NCBI RefSeq assembly: GCF_006345805.1
Contig: NC_042998.1
Coordinates: forward strand, 206,770,001-206,834,000
DNA length: 64,000 nt
Source of the DNA: Octopus sinensis
Taxonomy: Eukaryota
Direction: 5' to 3'
The notes below the pieces were generated by a model. It was not told the DNA's origin, did not search any database, and saw only the letters and a list, made by a program, of their open reading frames with translations. Positions 12,161 to 23,100 of the stretch are shown piece by piece; the first letter of the stretch is position 1; each line of letters starts with the position of its first letter. The position numbers and the translations under genes were made by a program.

Positions 12161-12628
12161 TTAACCCTTTTGCTACCATATTTCTGTTGAGATGCTCTGT
12201 GTTTCAATTAATTTTAAATATAACAAAGAATTTAGTAAAATGATTTTAGTAAAATCATTAAGCTAGTGTTAGGAACATAAATTTAGTGGAAGATTTTAAT
12301 TCAGAACTTTTGGAAACAAGACGTTTGTACTACAGAGCCAGAATCGGTTTCAGCCTGGTTGGTATCAAAAGAGTTAAGAATTGATTCTCTGTTGTATATT
12401 TTAACCCTTTCGTTACCATATTTCTGTTGAGATGCTCTGTGTTTCTTTCAATTACTTTAAATATAACAAAGAATTTAGTAAAATAACTTCATTATCATTA
12501 AGCTAGTATTAGGAACATAAATTGTGACTAAGGTTTGGTGGAAGATTTTAATTCAAAACTTGTGAAAACAAGACATTTGTACTCAGGGCAAGAGCTGGTT
12601 CCAGCTGCGTTGGTAACGAATGGGTTAA
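12161..12628. mobile_element. Two adjacent piggyBac-type MITE copies (12161-12377 and 12401-12628)
   Basis: TTAACCCTTT...GGTTAA termini, ~220-bp conserved body. Confidence 0.85.
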
Positions 12629-13384
12629 TGCAGTTTAGATATGGCAATTAAGATTGTTTGGTATTGGATATTCATCACGTACAGTCTTCTCAGTCAATTT
12701 AATCACTGTCACAGGTGGACAGTCGAAATAAATAAATAGACAAAATCCTTTCACTTTTTGCTTAGAAACAATAAAAATAAGTCAGAAATGTTTTTTTTGC
12801 TTAATACAAAGGTATTTTAAATTAAAAATATTAACTTAAATTAAAAAAATTTGCAATCTAAAGCAAAAGAATATAAGCAGAAAAAAGTGAACACACTATT
12901 TGATGAGCAATTTCAAAAATTTATTTTGCAAATTCTAACTTCAGCAGGAATATTTAAAATTTTTTTTTCATCTTGTCTTGTACTTTTCCAGGTTTGATTA
13001 TATGCCTGAACTTAGGAATATCTCGTATTCTGTACCTGCACTTTTCGTTCTAGGAATGAAGCCTAGAAATACTCACGAGTGACTAAAGTTTGGCCTTAAG
13101 AATATAATCCCGTTGAGTGGTGGTGAATGATGAAGAGGCGTTACATAGATGAGGGGAGATAACTCCAAATATCTTTCAGTTCCACTCGGTGAAGTGTGAG
13201 TGGTGAAATGGTTAAAGTCGAGATTTGTTGGTGGAGGGCGAGTAAAGACTAAAGACAGAAGAAAAAGCAGTCAGCTTTGAACTCAAGCGTGCACACACAC
13301 ACACACACATTAAGTTGGAAAGAAAGTCTTGTTGCCTTGCAAAATGAGAAAGAAAATGCTTCTTTGCTCTTAATTTGATATATT

Positions 13385-13611
13385 TTAACCCTTTCGTTAC
13401 CATATTTCTGTTGAGATGCTCTGTGTTTCTTTCAATTATTTTAAATATAACAAAGAATTTAGTAAAATAACTTATTTACCATTAAGCTAGTGTTAGGAAC
13501 AAATTGTGACTAAGGTTTGGTGGAAAATTTTTATTCAAAACTTATGAAAACAAGACATTTGCATTACAGAGCCAGAAGTGGTTTCAGCTGGGTTGGCAAC
13601 GAAAGGGTTAA
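13385..13611. mobile_element. piggyBac-type MITE
   Basis: TTAACCCTTTCGTTACC...GGCAACGAAAGGGTTAA. Confidence 0.85.
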
Positions 13612-13919
13612 TCAAGATAACATTTACCCTCACCATTATTTAACGTCTGTTTTCCATGCTGGCATGAGTTGGACGGTTTGACAGGAACTGACCAGCTGAA
13701 GGGTTGTTCAGGCTCCCTGTCTGTTTTGGCATGCTTTCTATGGCTGGATCTCCTTCCTAACACCAAACACGTTACAGAGTGTTCTGGGTGCTTTTGCACA
13801 CCACCAGCACAAGTTTTTGTACATGGCCCCAGCACTTACAAGCCCACAAGATTAGGGATGCTCAGCTGGAGAGGGTTTCAGGGGACAGTCCTGTATGCAA
13901 GGGAAACCATAATTTTACT

Positions 13920-14130
13920 TAGCTTGACGTGTTTTTTTCAAGCACAGCAAACCACCAGAAGTCTCGGTTCCCTATCATCCCCTCTGAGAGTCCCAACGTC
14001 TGTAGATCCTTATCATAATTGCTTGCCATAAAATTCTTCAGGTTCCAAACCAAAGAAACGTGTGAGAGAGCTTGTGTATAACGTTGTCTTGACATCCTGT
14101 GATGGCTGTAAACAAGCATCACCATCATAC
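13920..14130 (-). mobile_element. Degraded RTE LINE 3' fragment
   Basis: KDLQTLGLSEGMIGNRDFWWFAVLEK parallels DLQTLDLTEAMTSDQDLWKYAVLEK of the 3.3-kb copy. Confidence 0.7.
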
Positions 14131-16294
14131 AAGCAGTGTTGTTCGTCCCAGACTTCTGTGAAAACTATGTCTAGCTATGGAGAACCATTACCTTACTTGG
14201 GGACAGTTGAAGATTGGTGATAGGAAGAGCACCCAGCCATAGAAAGCTTTTCTCAGTTAATTCTGTCCAATCCATGCAAGCCTAGAAAACTGGATTCTAA
14301 ACAATGTTGATGATGATTACCACACTTGTCATGTTTGCTGACAGACTTGTCAGAAGAGAACTTCAAATCTCTCTATGTATATATAAAGCTGAAGTTGTCT
14401 GTGTGGTGTGTGAGTGGCAGGTTTGGTAGCCTTCAACTAACACTATCTCCCCCGAGACCCTGTGGTGCAAGTTGACCAAAATTGAGAGTATGATAGAAGA
14501 AGGCTTGCTCTTCCTTCCGTAGAAGAAAAAATTCAAATCGGACCATGTCAACACCAAAAATTATTTACATCAAAAAGGTGCTTTTTTTCTATGAAAATCC
14601 CTATTTTTTACGATTTTTTTACTGCTGTGTCGCCATTTTTCGGTGTATTTCAACCAGAAAAATGTTCACTTAAAGAGAATAACAAACTACATAATGCAAA
14701 ATTTTTACTTTTCAAAAATTCCAATTCTAAAGGGTCGAAAACAAACCCGAGCAACGCCGGGCGATACTGCCAATTAAATTATAAACAGAACCATTTTTTC
14801 AAAGGTCCAAGGGACATAACTCGAACAGACTTAAATAGCACTGCTATTTGATACTGGCCCTGATCAAGCTGACATTATTAAAGACATTCCAGCCGTGACC
14901 ATACCGACATTTTACACACATAGTATACATTATCCAATGCGTCCTTTTTTTTTTTACAGACAGTATAATTTGAGAAAGATTTGGTTGCTATCTCTAGCAG
15001 GTCGTGCGACCACTTACTGGTGGAGCTGACAGAATCTTGAGTGCGTCAAACAAAATGCTCTCTTTCTGCCCTACATTGTGTCAAGCTTATTATAAAAACA
15101 GGCCCCAAGAGACTTGTAAAGGGTCTTTATTTAGCTCACGTTTTATGGAGGGAGGCAGATGAGGACTAAATCTTCCCCTGACAAGAAACACTGGTCTGTT
15201 GACCGTTTATCTGGTATAAGATGATAATAAAATGGCTGGACACCAACCAAATGAATCCTTCCACCGCTTTATATGTTACAGGAAGATGGAAACCGCCCTT
15301 GGTCAGATTTGTTACATTTATAATTAAAATAGAAATAAATGTGTATATGTGTATATATGTCTAAAGGCGGTGCTCCAGCATGGCCACAGTCAAATGACTG
15401 AAACAAGTAAAAGATTATATGTATATGTATGCAGCACAGGTGTGGCTGTGTGGTAAGAAGCTTGCTTCCCAATCACATTGTTCAGAGTTCAGTCCCTGTG
15501 TGGTACCTTGGGAAAGTGTCTTCTATTATAGCCTCAGACCAACGAAAACTTTGAGTGGATTTAGTAGAAGGAAACTGAAAGAAGCCTGTCATATATACAT
15601 ACATATGTATATATTTCTGAATGTGTCGATGCTTGTTCCCTCACTATCGCTTGGCAACCAATGTTGGTGTGTGTTTGTTTACGTTTCTGTAACTTAGTGG
15701 TTCGGTAAAAGGGATCGATAGAACTACTAGGCTTAAAAAAAAGTACTGGCGTCGATTTGTTTGACAAAAATTTCTCAGTGTGGTGCTCCAGCATGGCCAC
15801 AGTCTAATGACTGAAACAAGTAAAAAATGAAAGATATCATCATCATTTAACATCCATTTTCCATGCCGGCATGGGTTAGACAGTTTAGCAGGAGTTGGCA
15901 AGGCTGGAGAGCTGTACCAGGCTCCAATGTCTGTTTCCGCATGGTTTCTATGGCTGGATGTGAATGACGGAATTTTGGTCGGTCGAGTCAAAATGGCATT
16001 TCATGCTCTTTATTATTTATAGCTTCAACTACTTCAAGCTCCACTGTTAAAAAACAAAGTATTATAGTTACCATCATCATCATCATCATTTAACGTCCGT
16101 TGTCCATGCTGGCATGGGTTGGCCGGTTTGACCAAGGCTGGCAAGCTGCACCAGACTCCAGTCTGATTTGCCATGGTTTCTACAGCTGGATGCCCTTCCT
16201 AATGCCAACCACCTTACGGAGTGTGTTGGTTGCTTTTAAGTGGCACTGCATGAGCACTTTTATGTCTAATCTATTTAATGGAATTACAGAGATG

Positions 16295-16550
16295 TACTCA
16301 CAAAGCAAGTGACTTGATCTGAGATTGTGTGCTGGAACGAAAACAATTGCAGCGTGGAAGGTCTTTGTAAGCCATTTAAGAAACACACTTCAATGATTCA
16401 CTTCAACATTTAAGTTTAATTTGTCAAAATATTTTCGGCGCTAAAATCCGCGAGCATGGATTTTTGTCAGTGAACAGGTCGCGGTCTCAAAGCAACGAAA
16501 ATATTTTGACAAATTAAACTTAAATGTTGAAGTGAATCGAACGGCTGTTT
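16295..16550. mobile_element. Inverted Penelope-like pLTR remnant with hammerhead-like motif (G3-C8 core)
   Basis: Inverted arms ...TTCACTTCAACATTTAAGTTTAATTTGTCAAAATATTTTCG / CGAAAATATTTTGACAAATTAAACTTAAATGTTGAAGTGAA; same family at 3101-3285 and 35265-35585. Confidence 0.6.
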
Positions 16551-18383
16551 AATGGAATTATAAATAATCTCCATAACAACTTCCTCTGCCAGTCTTTCAA
16601 CCCAAATCACTTCCATCAAGCTGTCACATCCTTCATCCATTCATTTGGGTTCTTTTGTCATAAATCTCCCTTCTACTCATTGTCTGGGCCACATGGATTT
16701 GAAATAAAAGGGACAACATAGGGTAGAAAATGTTGAGGATCGAATACTGGAGATAGCGTGTTGGACAAAGTGCTTAGAAGCATTTCTTTCGACGTTTTTT
16801 GTCAAGTGCTGTGGTCGATGTGATTGACTAGCCCCTCCCCTCAAAATTACTGTCCGTGTGCATCAGTGTGTGCAAGGCTACTTCACTGGCGCTGGTGCCA
16901 TGATAGAATATAACCAATACCCTCAGCAAAGTGGTGGACAAATGGGAGGAAACCATGTTGGGTTCTGTAGGGCCCTTTAGTCAGGTTGAGTAAATGAAAA
17001 TCTCTAACCATAGCAAAAATAAAAGGTATGAGTGAAATATAATGCTGTAAACCATCTCGGAGGAGAGTAACTCCAAAGAACTAATTTGGACAGTGACAAC
17101 CCATTTGATGTGAGACTGGAAAGTGAAAGTGAAACTAATGTTGGTGATGAAGACTCAAGACCCACCCACCACAGCAATTCATCATCATCATCGTTTAACA
17201 TCCGTTTTCCATGCTGGCATGGGTTGGACGGTTTGACCGGGGATCTGGGTAGCCAGAAGGCTGCACCAGGCTCCAGTCTGATCTGGCAGTGTTTCTACAG
17301 CTGGATGCCCTTCCTAACGCCAACCACTCCGTGAGTGTAGTGGGTGCTTTTTACGTGCCACCTGCACAGGTGCCAGGCGAGGCTGGCAACGGCCACGGTC
17401 GGATTGGTGCATTTTACGTGCCACCGGCACGGAAGCCAGTCGAGGTGGCACTGGCATCGGCCACGATTCGGATGGTGCTTTTTACGTGCCACCAGCACGG
17501 AAGCCAGTGGAGGCGACACTGGCATCGTCCACGATTCGGTGAAATCCTAAAACCAAGGCGCCACATAAAAAGTACATAAAACACTCTGTAAAGTGGTTGG
17601 TGTTAGGAAGGGCATCCAGCTGTAGAATCCATGCGAAAACAGACAGGAGCCAGATGCAGCTGCCGTGAAACCATCCAACCCATACTAGCATAGAAAATGG
17701 ATGTTAAATGATGATGATGATGATGATAATATTGTGTTCTGCAGTTGGTTCCATCCATTATGATTGTAGTGTTACACAGAAATAGCAACCAAAATAGCTG
17801 CAAAATATTTTAAAACAACTCAGAAACTATAAACAAGAACAAAATTTGGCCATTTGTAATTCTTTGTTTTTCTTCTCCTTGACAGAACATATTTTTCATT
17901 TTTCAGATAAATTTTAAAGGAAACTCCTGAAACAGACATAAGCCAATGTTATATTTTGAAACAAATATGAAATATGTATGTTTGTTTCTCCTTGCCTAGA
18001 GAGAATGCTGTAATTACAAATGGTTATCACTGGCATAAGAACTATGTTGTTCATTTCCAGTTTTCTGTGAAAAACATGTCCGGCCTTGGAGAAATATTAC
18101 CTCACTTGGAAACAGGTGAGGGTTAGCAACAGGAAGTACATCCGGATGTAGAAAATTTGCCTCAATAAACTCAGTCTGACCCATACAAGCTACGAAAAGT
18201 GGATGTTAAAACATGGATGGTGGAGAATCTAACAGTCATCTCCTCTTTGTTGCGAAGGTGTCGGAACATTTAACTTGGATCAAATCAATTCCGGGACTAA
18301 ACAACAACAACCTGACAATTAATTATTAATGAGTTAGAAATCATTCACATTTAGTAATAATTAATAATAATAACAACAACATA

Positions 18384-18778
18384 GGCGCAGGAGTGGCTGT
18401 GTGCTAAGTAGCTTGCTAACCAACCACATGGTTCCGGGTTCAGTCCCACTGCGTGGCACCTTGGGCAAGTGTCTTCTGCTATAGCCCCGGGCCAACCAAT
18501 GTCTTGTGAGTGGATTTGGTAGACGGAAACTGAAAGAAGCCTGTCGTATATATGTATGTGTGTGAATATGTTTGTGTGTCTGTGTTTGTCCCCCTAGCAT
18601 TGCTTGGCAACTGATGCTGGTGTGTTTACGTCCCCGTCACTTAGCGGTTCGGCAAAAGAGACCGATAGAATAAGTACTGGGCTTACAAAGAATAAGTCCC
18701 GGGATCGATTTGCTTGACTAAAGGCGGTGCTCCAGCAAGGCCGCAGTCAAATGACTGAAACAAGTAAAAAGAGTAAAA
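18384..18778 (+). mobile_element. SINE family A, well-preserved full-length copy
   Basis: Complete head, (TA/TG) linker, body and CAGTCAAATGACTGAAACAAGTAAAA tail. Confidence 0.9.
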
Positions 18779-19389
18779 AAAAAAAGAAAAAAAAAAGAGA
18801 GTATGACATCCACTTTTCCATGCCGGCATGGGTTTGGTGGAGTTCATTGTGACGGATTTTCTACGTGTGCCCTTAACATAGTTCTCAAGGAGATTCCGCA
18901 TGGCACAGAGTGTGACAAAGCTGGCCCCCATTCAATTACAGGTACAAATTCTCATTTTTGCAATCTGAGTGGACTGGAGCAATGAGAAAGAAAGAGTCTT
19001 GCTTAAGGCCACAATGCACTCCTGGTAATCATGACCCGATACACTAACCACAAAGCTGGTCATTAATTAACAAAGTAAAATATTAATTAAAAAAAAAGAA
19101 ATGTTTCTTTATTAACCAATTTTTCTGTTGAATTCTTTATTCTTTTACGAAGAAAAAGAAATTGAAAAATATTTTTATTTTTAACAATTTTTCAGTCACT
19201 TGTAGTATTGTGTTATAAAAAGAAAATTTATTTAATATGAAAGTTTTTATAATTTATATAATTTGCTGCAATTCAGTTCTGTAGTTGTACAGGTGTGTGT
19301 GTGTAGTTATTTTACATCTATTTTATACGCTATATGCAAATATAGCCTGTGTATGTGCATGCATGTGTGTAGATATATATATATATACC

Positions 19390-19590
19390 GGAGTAAACAC
19401 ATAAATGTGAAACAAGGTGGAAAAAAGAGTACTCAAATACCAGTGGTAGAGTAATATGCTTTATTTAAAAGCAGCAGAAAATTCAACAAAACCTGTTACT
19501 CTGAGTTTCAAACTGTCCGACGAACGGGAACGTGAAACTCAGAGTAACAGGTTTTGTTGAATTTTCTGCTGCTTTTAAATAAAGTATATA
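19390..19590. mobile_element. Inverted Penelope-like pLTR remnant with minimal hammerhead (19511-19553, +)
   Basis: Arms ~19455-19510 and ~19533-19588 are near-perfect inverted repeats; (TA)n flanks. Confidence 0.6.
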
Positions 19591-19611
19591 TATATATATG
19601 TATATATGTAT

Positions 19612-19885
19612 ATTGTGTCTGGGGAGAGTCATTCTCTTTTTGTGCCTAATAATTTAACACACTCACCGGTAAAATTTCCACTTATTTACTTATTTGTCTT
19701 TCTAAAATTCTTTGTGCGTGTTGCAACCTTTTCAAGACTATTGAAAAGGTTGCAAAACACAATGAAAATTTTAGGAAAATAAAAAATAAGAAATGGAAAT
19801 TTTACAGGTGAGTGTGTTACATTATAAGGTACAAAAAGAAAATGACTCTCCCCAGACACAACAGAATATGCTTCAACACACGAAC
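19612..19885. mobile_element. Inverted Penelope-like pLTR remnant with hammerhead-like motif (U3-A8 core)
   Basis: TGTGTCTGGGGAGAGTCATT.../...AATGACTCTCCCCAGACACA inverted arms meeting at TTTTCAA-GACTA-TTGAAAA. Confidence 0.55.
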
Positions 19886-20111
19886 TCACATAAAGAATCT
19901 TACAAACCAAATCCAAAAAGAAATATATATATATATATATATATGTGATGCTGACTCGCTGACTCTCCATAAATATAAAAATAATAATGATAATTTCCTG
20001 TTAGACATTCTTTGAGCTTTTGAGTCACAGAAGATGCCAAATGAAGAAAATGTGGTTTGGGGAATGGTTACTTAATTGCTTTTACTCCAAGAAAGATTTG
20101 GAAAGTCAACT

Positions 20112-23100
20112 TTAATCATTCTCATCGTCACTGCTAAGAACACGTTTCCTGCGAATGGCAGTAACAAGTGGTATATGGTCATCAAAGACATTGGTGTCCG
20201 GTTCCATATTTGGTAAGGACAACAAAGTGGCCGGGAAAGTATCAACTGTGTTGTTGCTGTTGTTGTTGATAATATTTGGATTTTGTTTTATATATTTTTG
20301 GGTCTGGACATTTTTAGCTTTGTCGAACAAATCAACCTCATCCTGTTTTTGGTTCGATTCTTTGGTGGAACAAATTTCCTGATTTTCCTTATCTTCATCA
20401 CCTGAATCATCATCAGAGCTCTCCAATATTGGAATTTTATGCTGTTTCCTTCCATTTACCGTTTTTCTCTCTGCTACAGAGTCATCCAACTCCTCCACAG
20501 CCTTTCCACCGTGGCCATCATCACTGCTCTCAGAGTCTATCAGCTTCTGTCGTTTTTTCTTTTTCTTCAAAAAACTGGGTCCTGCAAGCTGAGGGTCCTT
20601 CGCTTCCTTATTAAGAGAAACATCATCGCTTTCTCGTTGAAGGTCCACAGTGCTCACATTAGGACTTCCCTCATCCTCATCACTGCTATCACTCAATAAA
20701 CGCTTCTTCTTCTTCTTGTCGGAGGTTCCAACACTCTCAAAGTTATCCAACTCCGTTTCGATAACCAACCGACCATCTTCACTGTCACTGTCCGAAGAAT
20801 TGAACCTCGCTAAAGGAGTTTCTTTTCTCTTTGAACAGTTGGCATTAAAATCTTGGTTAATTCTCTTCTTGGATGCTGGCAGAGAATTAAGAGGCACATC
20901 ACTATCATCATCAGCATTTTGTTTAGATTTTACTTGAGAAATAAGAGGCTCATCGCCACTCTCATCCCCAGTATCAATTTGGATGGATCCGTTCCGTGCA
21001 TCACTCACAGATCCATCTTCTACACCATCCTCATCACTGCTGTTCTCAAACTCAATTCTCCTCCTCTTCTTTTTTTTATTCTCTTTCGAATTTCTTTGTT
21101 TAGAAAACTTTGGAGAATTACTCCCAGAAACATTTGGTTGAGAGTCGGAATCACCAATTTCTTCTTCGGAGTCTTCAAGAATATTTTTCTTCTTTGTTCG
21201 TCGTTGCTTTTTTGATATTTTCTTATCTTCGTCATTGCTTTTTTGGGATTTTAGTTTCTTCTTTCCTTTAGTTTCTTTATCTTTTGCTTGTTTTTTCTGC
21301 AGTGCCATTAGCGCTTTCTTCCTTTTACCATTATTTTCAGAGGGTTTCGATCTCCCTTTCTTCGATTTATTTTGCTTTTTACCCGTCTTTGACTTCAATG
21401 ACCGAGCCATCAACCATGTCTTCAGTTCTGCTGTATTTGCAGGCTGACCGTTCTCATCTAGATTCAAGCCATCCGCAATCATGGTCAACGTGGAACCATC
21501 CAAATCTCCAGGGATACGCCAGAAAGCCTCTTGACCAGTGGAAGGCCTGGAGAGGCCAATCAGCAACAGGAAGTCAAGAAATATAGGGTCTTCCATAGCG
21601 TCCTCATTTTCTTCAGTAAGTGGTACCACAGGTACACCAATATAGGTACCCGGTGTCTGTCTGTCTTCAGCAGTTCTTCGCAATGACCTCTGGATCCAGC
21701 TGACGGGACCCTTGTAGTTATGGCTCACCAAACATTTCAAAACATCATCAATATCAGTGCTAGGTAGGTCATCGCTGTTGCTAGGTTGTTCCTCAACATC
21801 ACGAGTTTCTTCGACTTCATCACTTTCCTCTCCAGAGGAATCAGAATGGGAAGCCATCACATGACCCTCTTGAACACCACCATCATCATCATCATCATCA
21901 TTTGAATCACTGTTATTTCCACTCTCCCCACTCCCGTCCATTCGCCCCTCTTTCTTCTTCCTCGATCTTTTCTTATAAAGTTCCTTCTTATCCTGGATGA
22001 TATCCAAACCAAAAAGTTTATCTTTGATTTTATTCTTGGGTTTAGTAAAAGACAAATTCTGCATGACGTTACCAAGTGGGTCATCGGACCCTCGAAACCG
22101 TTCGAAAACCTCTCGGAGTTCCGTTTCTTGCTCTTCGGTCCACGGCGCCCTGTTACTGTTGGTTGACGGAGGTTGTTTCCGTTTCAAATCTTTAGCAGAT
22201 TCAATCAAGCCACTGATTCTCAGCTGGCGCAGAACTTGACCACGAGATTTCGTCTCGTCCGTTAAATGTGCCATGATATGACCCACAATGTCCTTCTCAG
22301 GATCTTCTTTCGCTTCATCAAACAACCTTCTTAGCTCTATTTCCTGGTCCTCAGTCCAAACTTGTTTGATATTTTTGCTTGGATTAAAGTAATCTCCGGA
22401 AAGTTCTCCAGCTTCCCGGGCCGTTTTCCAGAATAACATTTCCATGAAAACTTTTTTGTTCTTCTCAGCGACAACCAAGAATTTCTGGACAATGAACACA
22501 CCAAATTTCACTATTTCCTGAAAATGCTTCACTTTGGACAGAACAAACACTTCTCTGAAGATGCAAAAGATACTGGCTTGGAAAAACATGCCCTCCTGGT
22601 GGAGATCGACAGCAATACGATGGAACATTTTGATGATGCAGTGGTTTGTATGGGTTGAATTGTTTTTGAAGTTAGCAAGGAGGGTGGTGTAACTTTGGAG
22701 AATCGCAGGTTTGGCAAATTTAGCAATAAAATCTCGAGTATTGAGTTCTTCTTCACTGGTAACAATGGAAGACATTTCCTCTTCGACGATCTCATCTTCC
22801 TGTTCTTCGAATTCTTCAGGCACAGTAGCAGCCATGTTTTCACTGTTCTGAGATAAATTTGCCATAAATACTTCTCTTAGGGCCAAGAATTCATCTTCAG
22901 GACTCATTTCAGCGCTGCCGAATTCGTTGTTATCAGGCCAAACCTCCCGGGCTGCACGGAGAAGGGCCACAGCTTCTGAAGCATTTTTGGATCGAAGGCA
23001 GGTCTGGATACGTACCATTGTGTCTGCTCGCTGTTGATCAATGTCAACTTCTGAAGCGGCATCGAACGGCAGAACCCCTTCGCTCATTTCATTCTCTCCA

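Noticed and set aside
17086-17170. Acidic peptide DSDNPFDVRLESESETNVGDEDS, reminiscent of a transposase N-terminus
   Set aside because: Too short, runs into a SINE, no catalytic domain nearby
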